DNA of 64,000 nt from an uncultured Planctomycetaceae bacterium. Lineage in GTDB: Bacteria > Planctomycetota > Planctomycetia > Pirellulales > Thermoguttaceae. The notes beneath the pieces were generated by a model, which saw only the letters and a list, made by a program, of their open reading frames with translations, was not told the origin of the DNA and did no database searches. This document shows positions 10,150-20,184 of this stretch, piece by piece. Within the stretch, counting starts at the first letter, position 1, and every line of letters starts with the position of its first letter. The DNA is taken from contig CAMJTU010000017.1 of assembly GCA_946408825.1 (NCBI GenBank), positions 1,143-65,142 of the forward strand. The letters are read 5' to 3'. Both the position numbers and the translations under genes were made by a program.

Positions 10150-11325
10150 ATGATGGGACTGGAAGAAAAATGTTCACAAGGTCAATCGATTATTAAGGAC
10201 GACTTTTCCTCAGAAAGGAGCGTTTGTCCGATTAATACGTCGTACGGCGTTGGATATAGAATTAAAGCGCGAGTACTTCCATACCTTATCGGTTTCATTT
10301 ATCTCGTTCCGACAGTTGATTCAGAGTGGATTATGATTGATTCGGGGGGGGGAAGCGAAGAGTCTAACACCGACCTAGAGAATGGTTTTCGTATAATTCG
10401 AGAAGAGTTTGACCGTTCTTTTAAACCAGAGAAAATATCCCGTCTTTGCTTGACCCATGCGCATGTCGACCATTTTGGCGGCGTTAGCGAGTTTAAAAGA
10501 CGAACGAACGCAAAAATAGCCGTTCATGCGTTTGAGAGTCGACTTGTCGATAGTTACGACGAGGTTGCGCGCGTTGAAAATTGTCGATACGTCAACTTCC
10601 TTTTGGAATCCGGCGTTCCCTTTGATTCTATTGAATCTATTTTAGACGGTTTTGGGTTTCGCGCCGGTCGAGTACAGAGCGTGACGGTCGACGAACCGTT
10701 GTATGGCGGCGAAACTATTGATTCGTTGAAAAGCGTCTACCTGCCGGGACATAGTCCTGGACATTTAGCGTTTGTCTGTGAAAACGTCATTTTTTCTGGC
10801 GATCTTTTGCTTTCTAAGACTCTTTCTCAGATTTGGCCCGCGAGGATGACTCCGCAAACCGGCGTTTTAAACTATGTTCGTTCTTTACTGAAACTTAAAC
10901 AAATCGCAATCGATTACGAATCGTTGAATGGACAGAAACTGATCGCGTTTCCAGCCCATGAGGAACCAATATTTGATATCCCCAGCCGCGTCGACAAAGC
11001 TCTTCGAGGGATGGAACGGCGTAACAATAGGTTACTCAAACTTTTTAGCGAGGAGACCGCCCCCATGACTCTCTGGGAAATCCTCCCTAAAATGTACTGG
11101 AGCGGATGTCCCAATCGTGAGTTTTTCGCACTTAGCGATATCGGAAGCCGTGTGGAACTTTTTCTCCAACTCAATCTTCTTCGAGTCGCAGATTCAGAAC
11201 GTCTTAGTCGCTCGAATCCTGCGATTCGATATCAACTTTCATTTGCCAATGCAGAAGCGGCTAAAAATACGATCAAGCAGGTCGTCAGAATGTGTTTGTC
11301 CGGCGACAAGTCCAATCTGATTTAA
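10150..11325 (+). CDS. MBL-fold metallo-hydrolase
   Basis: 391 aa with the HxHxDH motif LTHAHVDHFGG and a later LPGHSPGH. Confidence 0.75.
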   Translation: MMGLEEKCSQGQSIIKDDFSSERSVCPINTSYGVGYRIKARVLPYLIGFIYLVPTVDSEWIMIDSGGGSEESNTDLENGFRIIREEFDRSFKPEKISRLCLTHAHVDHFGGVSEFKRRTNAKIAVHAFESRLVDSYDEVARVENCRYVNFLLESGVPFDSIESILDGFGFRAGRVQSVTVDEPLYGGETIDSLKSVYLPGHSPGHLAFVCENVIFSGDLLLSKTLSQIWPARMTPQTGVLNYVRSLLKLKQIAIDYESLNGQKLIAFPAHEEPIFDIPSRVDKALRGMERRNNRLLKLFSEETAPMTLWEILPKMYWSGCPNREFFALSDIGSRVELFLQLNLLRVADSERLSRSNPAIRYQLSFANAEAAKNTIKQVVRMCLSGDKSNLI

Positions 11326-12681
11326 GGCAAGTCGTAATTCAGACGCTACGAGCGACTCGTCGCAAAGTGTTTCGTTTTCAAGGAGCGTTAGCGCACGGTG
11401 GAGCGAGGCGACTGTTTCTCGCAACGCCTCTTGACAACGCAACGCCGTCGCAGGAACAACTTCCCCGTCCCACATCTCAACGCCGAGTTTTTCGACAATA
11501 CTTTCGCCAAGTTTTTCGATTCCTCGGCCTGTTGTCGCCGAAGTTCTGACGGACTCAGTTTGGGATTCTCTGAACATTGTCGACGAATCGATACTATCGG
11601 ATTTTGTGACAACTCTTAACGTAGGAATGGATTGTATGTCGACCGTTTCGGTAAACAACTCCTGCATTGAGATTGTTGAATCATAACACAGCAGAAGCAA
11701 ATCAGCGCGCTTTATCTCACTGGATAAAACAAATTGTGCGAGTTCTCTTGATTCATGGTCGACTACAGACTGTTCAGAAAGGATTTCTTGTTCTACTCCG
11801 GCTGAATCAACGAGTGTGAAGGAAACGCCGTGAATTGTTAATTCAGCCTCGAGATAATCACGCGTTGTTCCCGCAACTTCTGCGACGAGCGCGGCGCCCG
11901 CCGTTTTACCGTTGAAACGGTCGACCAAAGAGTTGAAAAGCGAACTTTTACCCACGTTGGGGCGCCCGAGGAGAAGGACGCGGGGAAAGCGGTCACGGAT
12001 AAGATTCTGCTTAGACTCTTTAAGAGTTTGATCGATTTCGTCTAATAATACCGATATCTTTTCGCGTGCTTGGACGGCAGAGAGAAATTCTATGTCTTCT
12101 TCAGTAAAATCAAATCCCGCCTCAAGTTCGCTTAAAACGTCAAGTAAGCGAGAGCGCAAGTTGACGAATTTTTGCGAAATCGTTCCAGAAAGCTGTGAGA
12201 GCGCGCATTTCAGCTCATGATCAGAACTTGCGTCGATGGCGCCAAGGATCGCTTCGGCTTGCGTTAAATCCAGCTTTCCGTTAAGGAACGAACGGAGGGT
12301 GAACTCGCCACGATTGGCCAGTCTTACGCCGTTCTGGGCGCAAAGGGAACGAATTGTAGCGTCCAGAATGGGCGGCGAACCGGGTAGATGAAGTTCTACT
12401 GCCTGCTCTCCAGTGAAACCATGACCTTTCGGCCAAAAGAAAAGAACGCATCTAACCTTTTGTTTCGGGGCGTCCTCGAACCAAGGAGCGAACCATCCGT
12501 TGATAACGCGGGATTTTGACGAGTCAATATCGCCTTGTTCGTCTAAAGTAGACGAATCTAAAGTCGTGAAGAGCGCTTTAATCGCAGATAAGGAATTAGA
12601 TCCGGAGAGTCTGACGATACCTCTAGCGCCGTTTCCATGCGCCGACGCCTGTGCGACAATTGTATCGTCGTTTGTCATCAT
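11239..12681 (-). CDS. mnmE: tRNA modification GTPase MnmE (TrmE)
   Basis: G1 motif GRPNVGKSSLFN, G3 DSAGV, G4 TKSD, and the diagnostic C-terminal FCIGK. Confidence 0.9.
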   Translation of the reverse strand: MMTNDDTIVAQASAHGNGARGIVRLSGSNSLSAIKALFTTLDSSTLDEQGDIDSSKSRVINGWFAPWFEDAPKQKVRCVLFFWPKGHGFTGEQAVELHLPGSPPILDATIRSLCAQNGVRLANRGEFTLRSFLNGKLDLTQAEAILGAIDASSDHELKCALSQLSGTISQKFVNLRSRLLDVLSELEAGFDFTEEDIEFLSAVQAREKISVLLDEIDQTLKESKQNLIRDRFPRVLLLGRPNVGKSSLFNSLVDRFNGKTAGAALVAEVAGTTRDYLEAELTIHGVSFTLVDSAGVEQEILSEQSVVDHESRELAQFVLSSEIKRADLLLLCYDSTISMQELFTETVDIQSIPTLRVVTKSDSIDSSTMFRESQTESVRTSATTGRGIEKLGESIVEKLGVEMWDGEVVPATALRCQEALRETVASLHRALTLLENETLCDESLVASELRLALNQIGLVAGQTHSDDLLDRIFSRFCIGK

Positions 12682-12704
12682 GGGATTCTCCTCAATCTTA
12701 TTTC

Positions 12705-14519
12705 TTATTTAGCGGGAGGGAGGTCGTCATCCGAAGGACCGTTATGAAGTTTAACGTTTTTCCCTGCAAGGCGCGCTGTCGCCCACTTTGCTAATAACTC
12801 ACGATTGATCTTGGCGTTATGACGCGCGTCCACAGGCAGACTATTACAGACCAAAACTTTATTGATCGACGAGGTTAAGGGCGACTTCTTTAGAAGATTC
12901 AGCGTTTCTTTTTTGAGTCGCTCTTCCGCTACTTTATCAGCAGGACGCGCTTCTGCCGTCGGTTCTACGATCATGACGGGTTCTTTCCAGACAGATCGGA
13001 ATTCTTTCGCACGTTCGACGACGACCTCAGGTTCTTGAAAATCTGGCGGTAACGGAACGCCGACGAGGGCAGAACGGAAGACGTTAGGCGATTCGTTTGA
13101 AATCGCCTCGCAAGGAATAGAAAACATTGGTCCGGAAGGTGTTTCAACTCGGTGAGATTTGCGACCACAAAACCAGAAACGGTCTTGATCGTCAAAATAC
13201 CCAACGTCGCCAACACGACGCCAAATCTGCCCATCTTCACCCTCAATTAACGCCAGCGCATTTGCTTCTTCACGCGTTACATATCGAGGCGAACACTGCG
13301 GTCCAGAGACAATGAGTTCTCCAATTTGACCGTCAGGGCATGCCGTGACGTCTGAAAGACGGGGGATCGGCGCGTCTGAAATAGGGATAATCCTATGTTC
13401 TAGAGGGGGATCGAAAAATTTACCGACGCATACACCGGCGCCTTGACTTGTCTTAAAACAGGTTTCTTCGAGCACTTCACGTGATTCGATAGCGGCAAGG
13501 GGCAGCGATTCGGTCGCTCCGTAAGGCGTGACGATTACTGCGTCGTCAGGCAAAATCCTGCGCAAATTCCTGAGTAGTTCAAATGAAACGGGCGCGCCTG
13601 CGATAGCAGTTTGCTTAAGGGTTGAGATTTTGACGTTGTTTCTGACACAATAACGAGAAACAGCCGTCCAGAGCGCGGGAGAACCGAACGCTTGTGTTAC
13701 CTGCCAATCGACGGCAGCTTCCAAAAAAAGTTTAGGATCGACAGAAGCGGGCTTCGTCGTGTCCATGTCGGGGATAACAGCCGTAGTTCCCATTCCTGCG
13801 TCGAAGAGACCGAAGAAAGGGAAGCCAACTAGGTCGATAGCGCCCGGTTTGATGTTAAGACGTTTTGTAATTTCTTCAACTTGAGTTTTAAACATCCGAT
13901 GAGTATAAAGAACGCCCTTTGCGACTCCGGTACTGCCGCTTGTAAAGATAATCGCGGCAGGATCGTCAAGTTTCATTTTGGGATCTTGAGGTTTGGCTTG
14001 GGCGCGCTTACGAAGCTTGTCGAGCGTTAAAAGACAAGGTAGAAATAAACTTTTACCGACCGCGAGATTGAATTTTGCGTTAGGGAACCATCGCCGATAG
14101 AGGATACGCGCGTATTGTGCCGAAGGAATTCCTAAAAAACCGTCTGGATTGACCTCTTTAAGGCATTGAAGCATTTTTTTGACGCCCATTCCAGGATCGA
14201 TGAGTACGAGCGTCGCGCCCGTTTTGTATAACGCAAAGACGAGCGAGATAAAGTCAATTCCTTGACGAACCATAATGACAAGACGCATCCTAGGCGTTAC
14301 TCCTAACGCCTGCAACCCCGCGGCGATTCGATCTGTATCACGATCTAGTTCGGCAAACGTCACCGTCCTATATTCTCGTTTTCCTGAACTGTTGCGTTTT
14401 GCTTTTCCATGATGAAACAACGGTTCGGCAATAGCGATGGAATCGGGAATTTCTCGAGCCATTCGAGTTAATCGTTCCGCAATATTGTAGAAAGACGACA
14501 CGTTGCGCTCCGGAAACAA
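12705..14519 (-). CDS. AMP-dependent synthetase/ligase (fatty-acyl-AMP/CoA ligase family)
   Basis: 604 aa with the AMP-binding motif IIFTSGSTGVAKGVLYTH. The track start is TTG, and an in-frame ATG at 14462 is an alternative. Confidence 0.8.
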   Translation of the reverse strand: MFPERNVSSFYNIAERLTRMAREIPDSIAIAEPLFHHGKAKRNSSGKREYRTVTFAELDRDTDRIAAGLQALGVTPRMRLVIMVRQGIDFISLVFALYKTGATLVLIDPGMGVKKMLQCLKEVNPDGFLGIPSAQYARILYRRWFPNAKFNLAVGKSLFLPCLLTLDKLRKRAQAKPQDPKMKLDDPAAIIFTSGSTGVAKGVLYTHRMFKTQVEEITKRLNIKPGAIDLVGFPFFGLFDAGMGTTAVIPDMDTTKPASVDPKLFLEAAVDWQVTQAFGSPALWTAVSRYCVRNNVKISTLKQTAIAGAPVSFELLRNLRRILPDDAVIVTPYGATESLPLAAIESREVLEETCFKTSQGAGVCVGKFFDPPLEHRIIPISDAPIPRLSDVTACPDGQIGELIVSGPQCSPRYVTREEANALALIEGEDGQIWRRVGDVGYFDDQDRFWFCGRKSHRVETPSGPMFSIPCEAISNESPNVFRSALVGVPLPPDFQEPEVVVERAKEFRSVWKEPVMIVEPTAEARPADKVAEERLKKETLNLLKKSPLTSSINKVLVCNSLPVDARHNAKINRELLAKWATARLAGKNVKLHNGPSDDDLPPAK

Positions 14520-14540
14520 GTTTCAGCAACTCTATATAAG

Positions 14541-14580
14541 GAAAAAGAACGTCCAAGGTTGTTGAGAACTTCGGACGTTC
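14541..14580 (-). terminator. Terminator-like hairpin after the ThuA gene
   Basis: On the minus strand, GAACGTCC and GGACGTTC form an 8-bp stem (14547-14554 / 14573-14580) followed by TTTTT (plus-strand A-run 14542-14546). Confidence 0.5.
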
Positions 14581-14624
14581 CTCTGAAAACGAAAACTCAG
14601 AATAAAAAGCAGTCAAACTCAAAA

Positions 14625-15560
14625 TCAGTCTGAAGAGTTGACGAGTCCTTTAACCCAAGAATTCTGAAGCATGTTAGCTCCAGGACACGAACGGGTTAAA
14701 TTCGGTTCAGTCGAAATAGCGATTTGTCCGACGGCGCATTTGACAAGGTCGCTAATGAGATCGTCAAATTCGCCGTTTGTCCAGAATTCGTCCTTATGTC
14801 CGAGAGCACAGTAGAGAACGGTTCCTTTCTTCTCTTTACGGCACCAGATACAGGGGAACGCGGGGCGATCGTAGCATTTATTATGACCGTCCTTTTTCAT
14901 GTCCGCTGTTTGGAGGGAGGCGAGCACATGCATCTCGGGGGCAAAGTTTTTATTGGCATACCATTCTTCATGAACGCGCCAAAGAGGTTTACGCGCCTTC
15001 AGAGAAGGAAGAACGTCGTCTACTATTTCAACAGACGCTTCCTGTTGATCTCCGTGGACGATGAATTCGCCGCCGATCATGCGCACGTATTCTGTCGTTT
15101 CATAATAGGGATCGACTTTGAACCCCGTGTTGTTTTTACATGTGTCGGTCGCGCTGTGGAATCCTAAGAAACCTGCTCCGTTTCGGACGGCGTTCAAAAA
15201 GTTTCCAAATCCGTCAGCCGTTATTGGATTCTGTCCGTCTCCGCCTTCGCTAAGAAGATCGCCAGAAGTATAAAAAATAAACGCGGCATATTGACTTAGA
15301 TCGCCGTCAAAAACTTTTCCGTCTTTTGTCGAAACGATTTCGTATCCGAGTTCCTTTGCAAGCTTCGAGAGCGCTTTGCCTGCGGGACATTCGCCCTGAT
15401 CGTCGAATTTTATAGGAGAATGCTCAAATCCCTGAGAACGTGAAAAGAAGAGAATTTTTTTTGAACTGTTCTCTGCTGCGAAAAGACGCGAAACAGCTGG
15501 AACGAAAGGAAGGGCGGCGGCTGCAAATGCCGCGTTAGCCAAAAAAACGCGTCGGCGCAT
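14625..15560 (-). CDS. ThuA-domain protein with Tat-like signal
   Basis: 311 aa. The N-terminus MRRRVFLANAAFAAAALPFV is Tat-like, and KILFFSRSQGFEHS plus GFLGFHSATDT resemble the ThuA family. Confidence 0.7.
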   Translation of the reverse strand: MRRRVFLANAAFAAAALPFVPAVSRLFAAENSSKKILFFSRSQGFEHSPIKFDDQGECPAGKALSKLAKELGYEIVSTKDGKVFDGDLSQYAAFIFYTSGDLLSEGGDGQNPITADGFGNFLNAVRNGAGFLGFHSATDTCKNNTGFKVDPYYETTEYVRMIGGEFIVHGDQQEASVEIVDDVLPSLKARKPLWRVHEEWYANKNFAPEMHVLASLQTADMKKDGHNKCYDRPAFPCIWCRKEKKGTVLYCALGHKDEFWTNGEFDDLISDLVKCAVGQIAISTEPNLTRSCPGANMLQNSWVKGLVNSSD

Positions 15561-15986
15561 GGCGGTATCCTCACAGGTTACAATCTTGTGTTGGCGTTTA
15601 GAGACGCATGGGGTTCATATACGCACCGTTCAATCGACGTTATACAACGTCGCCAGAAACCAGACACGTCTGTCCAAGCGTCACAACTGAGCGCATTATA
15701 CGAACATTTTGTCTTCGGCGCAATTCCTTGGACCGTTTTGTTAGTTTTTTCAACGTTTTAGAAGACGATGGAATTATCTTTTTAAACGACTTTGTGACAG
15801 TGGAGCAAAGAACTTTTTGTTTAGGTTGCGAATTTTGCGTCTTTTCCCATATCCACTTATGTCGTCTACAATTGACGGAAAGAAGGCGCTGTTTATAATA
15901 CGGAGGTCGGCGGCTTGCTACTACGCGGCCTGTTTTAGTTTGTTGTGAGTCGTCGTTTGGCGAGCGCGTGTTTCAGTCGGTTTCAA

Positions 15987-17084
15987 ATGTCGGAAATCTT
16001 TTCACAGACGATCATCGTCGGCGTAGGTCTTTTGGGCGGATCGCTGGGACTTGCCGCAAAGAAATTTGGCGTTGGCGGCAAGATTATCGGTCTTGGTCGT
16101 AACGTTGCAAAATTAAAGCGCGCTTTGGAACTTGAAGCAGTTGACTCGTGGGCGACCTCATGGCGCGACGCAATTTCTTCTATTGAGCCGGATTTGGAAA
16201 CCGCGCCCATACAGATTGTCTTAGCCGCTCCAGTGGAAGTGAATATAAAGCTTTTAAGCGAGTTATGGGCGTTACGTTACGAGCCTTGGTTTGCCGGTAG
16301 ACGTTATGTTATATCTGACGTGGGAAGCGTTAAAGGGGAATTTGCAGAGTTCGCAGCCAAATTATCTCATTCGACAAATCAACCAAAGGATGCGTCGATT
16401 TCCTTTGTGCCGGCTCACCCAATTGCGGGAAGCGACAGATCAGGCGTTGAGAACGCAAGCGCCACGCTCTTTTATGGCAAACTCACGATTTTAACTCCAT
16501 GGTCAAAATCAAGCGAACGTAGCGTCGATCTTGCTCGTGGGTATGCGGCGCCGTTTGAACGAGCGGACGACGTTAAGGACGATTCAAGTTTTGACGCGAT
16601 TCGTAGAAAATATGCCCTCGTTTTCGGCGAGAGTGAGAGATTGGACGAAACGGAACCGTCGTTGTCGACCAAAATTTCCGCTTGTGTCGGCGGTCCAATG
16701 AGCGAGGACGTTTCTCGGGTTCGTGAGTTTTGGCGCGCTTTAGGATGTTGTGTCGTTGAGACTTCGGCGGAAGAACATGATCAGATTCTTGCGCGTACAA
16801 GTCATCTCCCCAACCTCGTTTCGACGTTGACAACGAGCTCCGTCCCTCTGAACGAATTCCTATTCACGGGAACCGGTTTTCGTGACGTAACTCGTCTTGC
16901 CGGCGGTAATCCCGAGGTCTGGACCGAAATTTACATGACTAATCGCGTCGCCGTCTTAGAAGCTTTACAACGCTTAGAGGAGAAGATCCTCTGTTGGAAA
17001 GCCTTTTTGACAGAAGGCGATCGAGAATCCATCTTAACCTTTTTGAATGAAACAAAGAAGAAACGAGATGCTTTGGGAAGTTGA
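15987..17084 (+). CDS. tyrA: Prephenate/arogenate dehydrogenase
   Basis: NAD fold IIVGVGLLGGSLG, then PAHPIAGS and HDQILARTSHLPNLVS. I prefer ATG 15987 over the track's GTG at 15945. Confidence 0.8.
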   Translation: MSEIFSQTIIVGVGLLGGSLGLAAKKFGVGGKIIGLGRNVAKLKRALELEAVDSWATSWRDAISSIEPDLETAPIQIVLAAPVEVNIKLLSELWALRYEPWFAGRRYVISDVGSVKGEFAEFAAKLSHSTNQPKDASISFVPAHPIAGSDRSGVENASATLFYGKLTILTPWSKSSERSVDLARGYAAPFERADDVKDDSSFDAIRRKYALVFGESERLDETEPSLSTKISACVGGPMSEDVSRVREFWRALGCCVVETSAEEHDQILARTSHLPNLVSTLTTSSVPLNEFLFTGTGFRDVTRLAGGNPEVWTEIYMTNRVAVLEALQRLEEKILCWKAFLTEGDRESILTFLNETKKKRDALGS

Positions 17085-20000
17085 TATTTTTGCCGCGCCG
17101 GGTTTGCCTGACGTCATTGGCATAGAAACGTCAGCCGACGCCGCTGATTTGGGGTTTTCGCCTTCACTCAAGATTGGGGGCGCGCGTGGATATCTCATTC
17201 AGGGCGATTTAACCCGTGACCAAGTCGAGGCGCTTGTGTCGAAACTCTTGGCGGATTCTGTCGTCGAGAGGGCTACAATAGGAGTCGTTGGCGCTCCTGA
17301 ATTGGAGGTCTCGCTTACGGGAGCGGAAGGAAAGGTTGTTTATGTTCTTCCTAAACCCGGCGTTACCGACGTTGTCGCCGACGCGGCGCGTAAATCTGCC
17401 GCCGACTATGGTATTTTTCCTGACGCCGTTCGCACATTTAAGAAATATTGGATTGGAGGCGTTGACGATCAAGAGATCAAAAAGCTCTCGCGGAAGGCGC
17501 TCGCTAACGACGCAATCGAGCAGGTCGCTTATGACAAGCTTGGATTTGATTCATTGCAAATCGGTTCGCCGTATGAATTTAAACTTACTGTAGTTTCGAT
17601 TCGTACGATGGACGACGTTGCGCTCATGAAACTCAGCAGAGAAGGACAACTCTACCTTTCTCTTGCTGAAATGCAGACGATTAAGGCATATTTTTGTGGG
17701 TTAGATCGCGATCCGACAGACGTTGAACTTGAAACGATCGCCCAAACCTGGAGCGAACATTGTAGCCATAAGACCCTTGCGGGACGTATCGATTACGAAG
17801 GTCCCGAGGGAAAGCTTCATTTTGAAAATATGCTCAAGGAAACGATTTTCGCCTCGACGGTGAAGATTCGTGAAATGCTAGGAGACGACGATTTTTGCGT
17901 CAGCGTTTTTTCTGACAACGCCGGCGTTGTGAAATTCGACGACAAGTATAACGTGTGCTTTAAAGTTGAAACTCACAATCATCCGAGCGCGCTTGAACCT
18001 TACGGCGGCGCCAACACCGGCATAGGCGGCGTTATTCGCGATCCAATGGGCACAGGGATGGGGGCAAAGCCCGTTTGCAATACCGACGTTTTTTGTTTCG
18101 CGCCGCCACAACTCTCGTCCGACGAAGTTCCGAACGGCGTGTTACATCCACGTCGTGTGATTAAGGGCGTCGTCGCTGGCGTTCGCGATTATGGAAACCG
18201 TATGGGAATTCCTACCGTGAACGGCGCGGTCTACTTTGATAAACGTTACCTTGGCAATCCCCTCGTGTATTGCGGGGACGTCGGACTCATTCCTGTCGAT
18301 AAGTCCTTTAAGCGTCCTCAACCAAACGATCTGATCGTTGCGATGGGCGGGCGAACAGGTCGTGACGGCGTTCACGGCGCAACCTTTAGTAGCGCTGAAC
18401 TTACGAGCGAGAGCGAGACTATTTCTGGAGGCGCTGTTCAAATAGGCAACGCGATCGTCGAAAAGACGGTTCTCGACGTCATGCTCGAGGCGCGCGATCG
18501 CGGTCTTTATAACGCCGTAACAGATTGCGGCGCGGGCGGCTTTTCCAGCGCTGTCGGCGAGATGGGCGAGGAAATTGGCGCTGAAGTCAACCTTGATGCA
18601 GTACTCCTAAAGTATGAGGGACTTTCATACACTGAAATTTGGATTAGCGAAGCTCAAGAACGTATGGTTTTCGCCGTTCCCAAAGACAAGTGGTCAGAAT
18701 TTAAAGCGCTTGCCGACAGTGAAGACGTTGAAACGTTTGTATTTGGCGAGTTTAAACCAACTGGTCGACTTGTCTTGCAGTATGACGGTTGTACAGTCGC
18801 CGATCTCGACATGAAGTTCATGCACAAAGGGCGTCCCAACGTCGTGCGTCAGGCTGTTTATGAATCTCCCGTCGTCGCGCCGATTTCAGTTAAACCTACA
18901 GACGCCGAACTTTGGGCGCAGACTGTCGTTTCTAAATCGTTGGCGTCATGTCCCTCCTGCAAGGGCGATAAAACGGATGCGACGCTCGATCTTGAGGCAA
19001 TCCTTTCTTGTTTGAACGTAGCAAGTAAGCACTGGGTCGTACGTCAGTATGATCACGAGGTCCAAGGTGGAAGCGTTCTGAAGCCTCTTGTTGGCGTAGC
19101 AAACGACGGACCAGGCGACGCGGCTGTTCTACGCCCCAGAATTGAGACTCGCCGCGGTCTTGTAATTTCCAACGGAATGAATCCCAATTATGGAGATTAC
19201 GATACTTATGCTATGGCTGCCAGCGCTATTGACGAAGCGATTCGTAACGCTGTCGCTGTCGGCGCAAATCCTGCTACGATTACGTTGCTTGACAATTTCT
19301 GTTGGGGCGCCGGCGATAAGCCCGAGGTCCTCGGCTCGCTTGTTCATTCCGCATTGGCATGTTACGATGTTTCTATCGCGATGGGAACGCCGTTCATTAG
19401 CGGAAAAGATTCGCTTAATAACGAGTTTAGACCAGAAGGTAAAGAGCCGATCGCAATTCCTCCTTCTTTGCTTATCAGCGCAATGGGACAGGTTGACGAC
19501 GTTGAAACGTGCGTGTCCATGGATTTAAAGAAGGCAGGAAACGCGCTGTATCTTGTTGGCGTTACGAAAAACGAACTTGGCGGTTCACACCTTTCGCTGG
19601 TTCGCGATTGGATTGGCGGACAAGCGCCGACGCTCGACGTTAAACTTGCAAAGCGCCTATATAACGCGCTTTATCGTGCGACTCAGGCTCGATTGATTTG
19701 TTCGATGCACGATTTAAGCGAGGGCGGACTTGCCGTGGCAATTGCAGAAAGCGCGTTTTCTGGCGCGCTGGGCGCGGAGATATCGCTGGCTTCAATTCCG
19801 TCGGCAAAGTCGAACGTGGCCATGTTGAACTTTTTGCCCGGGATAGACGACGATCAAGTCGACGATTACGTCAAACTCTTCTCAGAATCAAACGCGCGTC
19901 TTTTGGTTGAGATTGCCGCAGATTGTTGCGAACCATTTGAAGAGATTCTTGGGGAAGCGAACGCGCCTTTTGCTCGTATCGGTGAAGTTGTCGCTGAGCC

Positions 20001-20112
20001 ACGGCTGAAGATTTTTGCAGGCAATCAATCTGTTATTGTCGACGCGGATATTTTCGACCTAAAACATCAATGGCAGAAGCCGTTTGATCTCGGCGGGGAA
20101 TACGTAGACTGA
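17068..20112 (+). CDS. purL: Phosphoribosylformylglycinamidine synthase PurL with tandem PurS-like N-terminal domains
   Basis: The conserved WSEHCSHKT lies about 228 aa from the start. Upstream are two PurS-like modules ending LLADSVVE and LANDAIEQV. Two AIRS-type repeats follow. The ATG at 17068 overlaps the tyrA end by 17 nt. Confidence 0.9.
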   Translation: MLWEVDIFAAPGLPDVIGIETSADAADLGFSPSLKIGGARGYLIQGDLTRDQVEALVSKLLADSVVERATIGVVGAPELEVSLTGAEGKVVYVLPKPGVTDVVADAARKSAADYGIFPDAVRTFKKYWIGGVDDQEIKKLSRKALANDAIEQVAYDKLGFDSLQIGSPYEFKLTVVSIRTMDDVALMKLSREGQLYLSLAEMQTIKAYFCGLDRDPTDVELETIAQTWSEHCSHKTLAGRIDYEGPEGKLHFENMLKETIFASTVKIREMLGDDDFCVSVFSDNAGVVKFDDKYNVCFKVETHNHPSALEPYGGANTGIGGVIRDPMGTGMGAKPVCNTDVFCFAPPQLSSDEVPNGVLHPRRVIKGVVAGVRDYGNRMGIPTVNGAVYFDKRYLGNPLVYCGDVGLIPVDKSFKRPQPNDLIVAMGGRTGRDGVHGATFSSAELTSESETISGGAVQIGNAIVEKTVLDVMLEARDRGLYNAVTDCGAGGFSSAVGEMGEEIGAEVNLDAVLLKYEGLSYTEIWISEAQERMVFAVPKDKWSEFKALADSEDVETFVFGEFKPTGRLVLQYDGCTVADLDMKFMHKGRPNVVRQAVYESPVVAPISVKPTDAELWAQTVVSKSLASCPSCKGDKTDATLDLEAILSCLNVASKHWVVRQYDHEVQGGSVLKPLVGVANDGPGDAAVLRPRIETRRGLVISNGMNPNYGDYDTYAMAASAIDEAIRNAVAVGANPATITLLDNFCWGAGDKPEVLGSLVHSALACYDVSIAMGTPFISGKDSLNNEFRPEGKEPIAIPPSLLISAMGQVDDVETCVSMDLKKAGNALYLVGVTKNELGGSHLSLVRDWIGGQAPTLDVKLAKRLYNALYRATQARLICSMHDLSEGGLAVAIAESAFSGALGAEISLASIPSAKSNVAMLNFLPGIDDDQVDDYVKLFSESNARLLVEIAADCCEPFEEILGEANAPFARIGEVVAEPRLKIFAGNQSVIVDADIFDLKHQWQKPFDLGGEYVD

Positions 20113-20184
20113 CCCCGTTCTTTCTGGCGTTTGACGTCCGGGACTACACACAAATCCAAGATCTAGCCAAATCGAAATAATAAA

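Noticed and set aside
15608-15898. 96-aa plus-strand ORF in the ThuA/tyrA divergent intergenic region.
   Set aside because: It has no convincing RBS and no motif, and its Cys/Arg/Phe-rich composition is typical of a random ORF. It remains unresolved but is not supported.
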